Below the pieces are notes generated by a model, which was not told where the DNA came from, did no database searches, and was given only the letters and a program-made list of their open reading frames with translations. A DNA stretch of 64,000 bases, taken from Phoronis australis (Eukaryota; Animalia; Phoronida). Below are positions 60,109 to 64,000 of this stretch, piece by piece. Position 1 is the first letter of the stretch; each line of letters starts with the position of its first letter. The DNA is taken from the NCBI GenBank assembly GCA_002633005.1, contig NMRA01000112.1, forward strand, positions 446,629 through 510,628. Direction: 5' to 3'. A program made the translations under genes and the position numbers.

Positions 60109-60250
60109 CATGGGCGGCGTACCATAGGAGGATGGGGAGCTGTAGCCCCCATTTTTTCAGGACTGCACCGCTCATGGTCTATGGGTGGTGCACCACAGGG
60201 GGCTGGGGGTTATAGACCCCCCCACTTATTTCATTGCTGCAACGCCCATG
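60109..60250. mobile_element. hAT-type MITE
   Basis: TIR CATGGGCG / CGCCCATG with perfect 8-bp TSD GTACCACT (60101-60108, 60251-60258). Confidence 0.85.
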
Positions 60251-61492
60251 GTACCACTAAACTGCATTTTTACGTTACTGAAACCGGTCGGCATACGAAC
60301 AAAATTTCATTGTTCTTAATTCAGTATAACTTTTACACGGTAACCGGCCAAGCCATCTAATTGGTCTGTAAGCCGAAAGCTGTCATCGAGAGGCAACCAG
60401 ATGTGAGTCACTTGCCGACATTGGCCAATGGTTGTCCAAAAGAAGAATGGAAGTGCTTAACTGCTAGATCATTTTGAATTAACGCACAAATATGCCTTAA
60501 AGTGGAACTTGCACGCTAATTTCTTATCTCTGTGATTGCTTGGCCAATTTAGTTAGAAACACAACATATAGCAACGATTATGAAGTAGGTCGAAAATTGC
60601 CAAATGTTTTTAAGAACGAGTTTTGTGTCGAAGATGATCCGCCGTAAATCACACAACCGTATGCAGTAAGTATCGTAACGTGGTGTTGGGGAATAACACT
60701 GCATGATGCGGGATATGTGAGCCCCCTAGGCACGTCATTAGTCTAATGTCACCTACTTGCAGATTTTTTTGTTTTCACATTGACAAGTTGTCAGTGAATA
60801 CCACTGCACTTTGTTTTGCGTAGATGATGCTCAAATAGCATTGTCGTTTAGTTTCTGCTGTGCGTGTACATTAGCACAGTTAGGAACATGCAAACACACC
60901 TTTAATGCCCTCATCGTGTAGTCTTCGCAAATTTGATACCTGAGCATCAGGTGCACGTCTGGCGCTTTTTGGTTAACATGCACCTAACCATATTGTTCTC
61001 ACAAGCTATATTATATATTCTGGAAATCGCGAGACATTACTACTCCCTAAGGTTCAGATGTTTTGAAGGGGTTTAAGTGTTGAAGCTGTCTTTCTGAATA
61101 TAAAAAGCTGGTCTAATTTTCTCTTGAAATCTGTGCATGGTGTGCGTAGTATGGTAAGGCTCTTGTTTTCAAATGTTACACGTATCGTCTGCACGCATTT
61201 TAAAATGCACACAATGCACGGATTTCCAGAGAAATCTAGATCATGTTTTCAAAGCCATAAAGACAACTTTAAGAGAATGCTTGCCCCTTCCTCCATACCC
61301 CGTAACTTCAGGATTATGTCTCAGTACTCGTCTGGTAATATAACCGCTGGCAAGGAAATAGTTTTGGTGCATGCTAGTAAAGTCAGATTTAAAAGAACTG
61401 CACCTCGCCTTCCCTAACAAAAATGACCGAGGTCCCTAAAGCATAAATCCAGAACTTTGAAGCTTTATGATGTGTACATGTATAACAACTTT

Positions 61493-61931
61493 ATCTTGCA
61501 AGTAGTTTATACCGTTCAATCCGCCATCTTTTTATCACATCACGCGACCTAATGTATATAAGTCCGAAAAGTTTTCGGCCCCCGACAGGGACTCGAACCC
61601 AGGACTTTCTGCTAACCGTGCAGACGCTCTAGCCACTGAGCCATCGGGACCACTGGTCAGACACAGAAATCCAATCGGACTTAGTAGTGGGCATCTTGCA
61701 CCATGATCTCCATTGTGTATGTAAATATCTTTTTCAGTGAGGCGTGGAATATGTTGCAAGTAGTTTGTCCCGTTCAGTCCGCCGTCTTTTTGATCACATC
61801 ACGTGACCTAATGTATATAAGTCCGAAAATATTTCTGCTCCCGACCGGGACTCGAGCCCAGGACCTTCTGCTAACCGTGCAGACGTTCTAGTCACTGAGC
61901 CATCGGGACCACTGGTCAGACACAGAAATCC
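61493..61931 (-). repeat. Tandem (~258-bp period) repeat containing tRNA-derived units (61577-61651, 61837-61910)
   Basis: On -: GGTCCCGA-TGGCTCAGTGGCTAGAGC-G-TCTGC-ACGGTTA-GCAGA-AAGTC-CTGGGTTCGAGTCCC; A/B boxes and cloverleaf, non-canonical anticodon loop; SINE or pseudo-tRNA. Confidence 0.75.
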
Positions 61932-64000
61932 AAAGTTTGGCTAAGAACATTAACAAGAATGGAACAACCACCATCTACGTTCTGTAATTTATTTCATTTG
62001 AAAGACTTTACATCCGGGCTCTAAGCACCCATCATATTCGGAGTCTGACAAATGAATTTATAGACAGCCTCTATTTCAAGCCACGAAGTTGTACAAGGAT
62101 AAGGAAACCCATATGCATCCTAAGACGACTGCTGCAGGAAACCGCATGAAGGCCACAGAGGCTGAAACGGAAATGTACAATCTCGGTTACAAACTTGAAA
62201 AGAAATCATGTTTTGTCCTACACGACTAGTTTGCTCTAATATCTATTCTGCAGTGACTCACCAACTCAATGCGGTTTTAGAAGGGTATCTTTTACAGGAT
62301 ATATGTCGACATGTACACAAAAATATTCCTAAATATGAAGTACCAGAAAACGGATTCACACGGAACTTATGGTGCTCTTTCGTTCCAGCAATCCAAAGTT
62401 TGTTTGCTTGTTTTGCAGAGCATACAGATAGCAAACTGTCAACGAGTTGTGTGTACAACAAAGAAATTTAAAATTTTGGCTAAAAACACAAACCGCCTTT
62501 CGTACACAGCGCATATGTTGTACGTTGTGCTTGTTTTTTGGATCATTTGAAAGCTGAGATCTGTTTTTGTAAAGATTAAATAAATCCTTCGTTGTTTCCG
62601 TCATTTAGAATCTAATGTGATTTTACAACTTCAGTGCGTTGCAAAACTGCATGCTGGGCTTTCTGAACTAGGAAAAACACCGCCAATTCCTAGAAGACTA
62701 TTTCCTGGTAACCTTCTTCATACCTGGAGCATGATTGTATTTGTATTGTGACACTCTGTTAGCTCTTTTCTAAGTTAAATTCATATGTCTACAGACATAA
62801 TCAGGTCTGGTTTCACACTTATGCAAGAAGGGAATTATGGACCTACCCAGTGACGAATACTCGAGGCCTCCACAATATAAAATGTAGAGGCCCGACAATT
62901 TCACCTGCTCGCTAAATATTTCGACCTACTCCTCCTACTAGCCACAATAATTCCCACCGGAGTCATCAACCCTCCCCCCTCCCCGTTCACCACAATGTTC
63001 TTTCCACCCCAATCCAGGCCCTAAGCCGAGGCTAATTTAGCCCAACGGACGATCTGGGCCGGTAATAGTCGGATATACAGTGCCCGCTTTTTGAGAACTA
63101 GTTTTCTCCACTGAATAACGGGCATCAGTTGATTCTGACTATTGCTCCCGTGTATCTCCTGGCATCGTCAAATTTTGAAGATGCCTCCTCTTCAGTGCAT
63201 TAAAGCGGGGTGGAAAAAACACTAATTTCCATTATTCAAAGTGGTTAAATTCCACTGAAACACAAGTCAAACTGTTCATCAAATATTTTTATGGTTTGTT
63301 CGTAGAAAATTTGAATTTCCGTTGATGTCGAAGCATTTTTCCTTTAGCTTCAAATTTCGAAAAAGAGATCTGTCAACTGCTCTTCATTTCGTCGATTTTT
63401 CTCCCACACGGCAAAGCACGTATCATTATTTGGTGTGGCAAGACATATACGTAGCACATTTCCCTAATATGGAAAATGTGACCTTTGACCTTTGATTTCA
63501 TTTCGATTTCAGGTAGCTGCCTGACTAACTCCTTTGAGCGCATACGCGCATTTATATTTATTAAGGGCGGAGAGTTTGAAAACGGTTAGGGATGAACGTT
63601 TACTTTAAATTAGGTTTGTTTCAAAAAATTTTGAATAAAATTGTCGGATTCAGTATTTAATACTGAATCCAACAATTTTATTCCAGAAATTCTTGCAATA
63701 TTCAAAATGAATAACTCTTACGTTGGTATCTTCAATAATTAGAGTCACCACGATCTCTTTAAAATTTAGCATTTTTATCAGTTTTTGCTTTCCATGCCTC
63801 TTTGTAAGTTGATATCGCATAGAGCCAAATGAACGCATGACTAATACTTCTTGTGACATAGTGTGTGAACCTTATGCATGACGAGTCAATCACAAGATTC
63901 AGTTATTGCACGGGACTAATACAGTATCTACTCCAGGCATACATACATGTAGAAACAGTGACCCAGCGTTCATAATTTGAATCACAAACTCCTCATATGG

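Noticed and set aside
58289-60360. 107-118 aa ORFs at 58289, 59676 and 60034
   Set aside because: No recognisable domains or exon structure; the 60034 ORF runs through the hAT MITE.
61577-61651. Functional tRNA-Thr(GGT) gene
   Set aside because: Anticodon loop lacks Y32-U33, stems have mismatches, GGT is unusual for eukaryotic Thr, and it lies in a tandem repeat.

Overview
Eukaryotic (invertebrate metazoan, probably spiralian; organism is inferred) genomic DNA with spliceosomal introns, many transposon remnants and three assembly gaps (7291-7870, 41481-41603, 48088-48936). Four protein-coding genes were reconstructed by hand from splice sites and intron phases. (1) The 3' part of an LDL-receptor-related (LRP-like) type I membrane protein, + strand, 347-15927: two YWTD propellers, one EGF, Ser/Thr stalk, TM and a tail with sorting motifs. 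(2,3) A tandem pair of MFSD4/NAGLT1-like MFS transporters (+, 17693-23508 and 34795-38572) that differ in start codon and first splice donor. (4) A 7-exon, ~261-aa secreted neuropeptide-type prohormone on the - strand (46893-55437) that the ORF track does not show as a gene. It has a signal peptide and three related peptides (consensus [LF]P[FYS]Yx[LI]PS...[AT]SLG[LI]), two ending in amidation signals (GKR), each mostly on its own phase-2 exon. This is the most notable finding. Mobile DNA includes a TTAA-flanked Kolobok derivative with THAP and KolX remnants, a Gmr1-type Gypsy remnant, an Academ-like RecQ fragment, a probable solo LTR, several MITEs, Helentron-associated repeats and a tandem tRNA-derived repeat.
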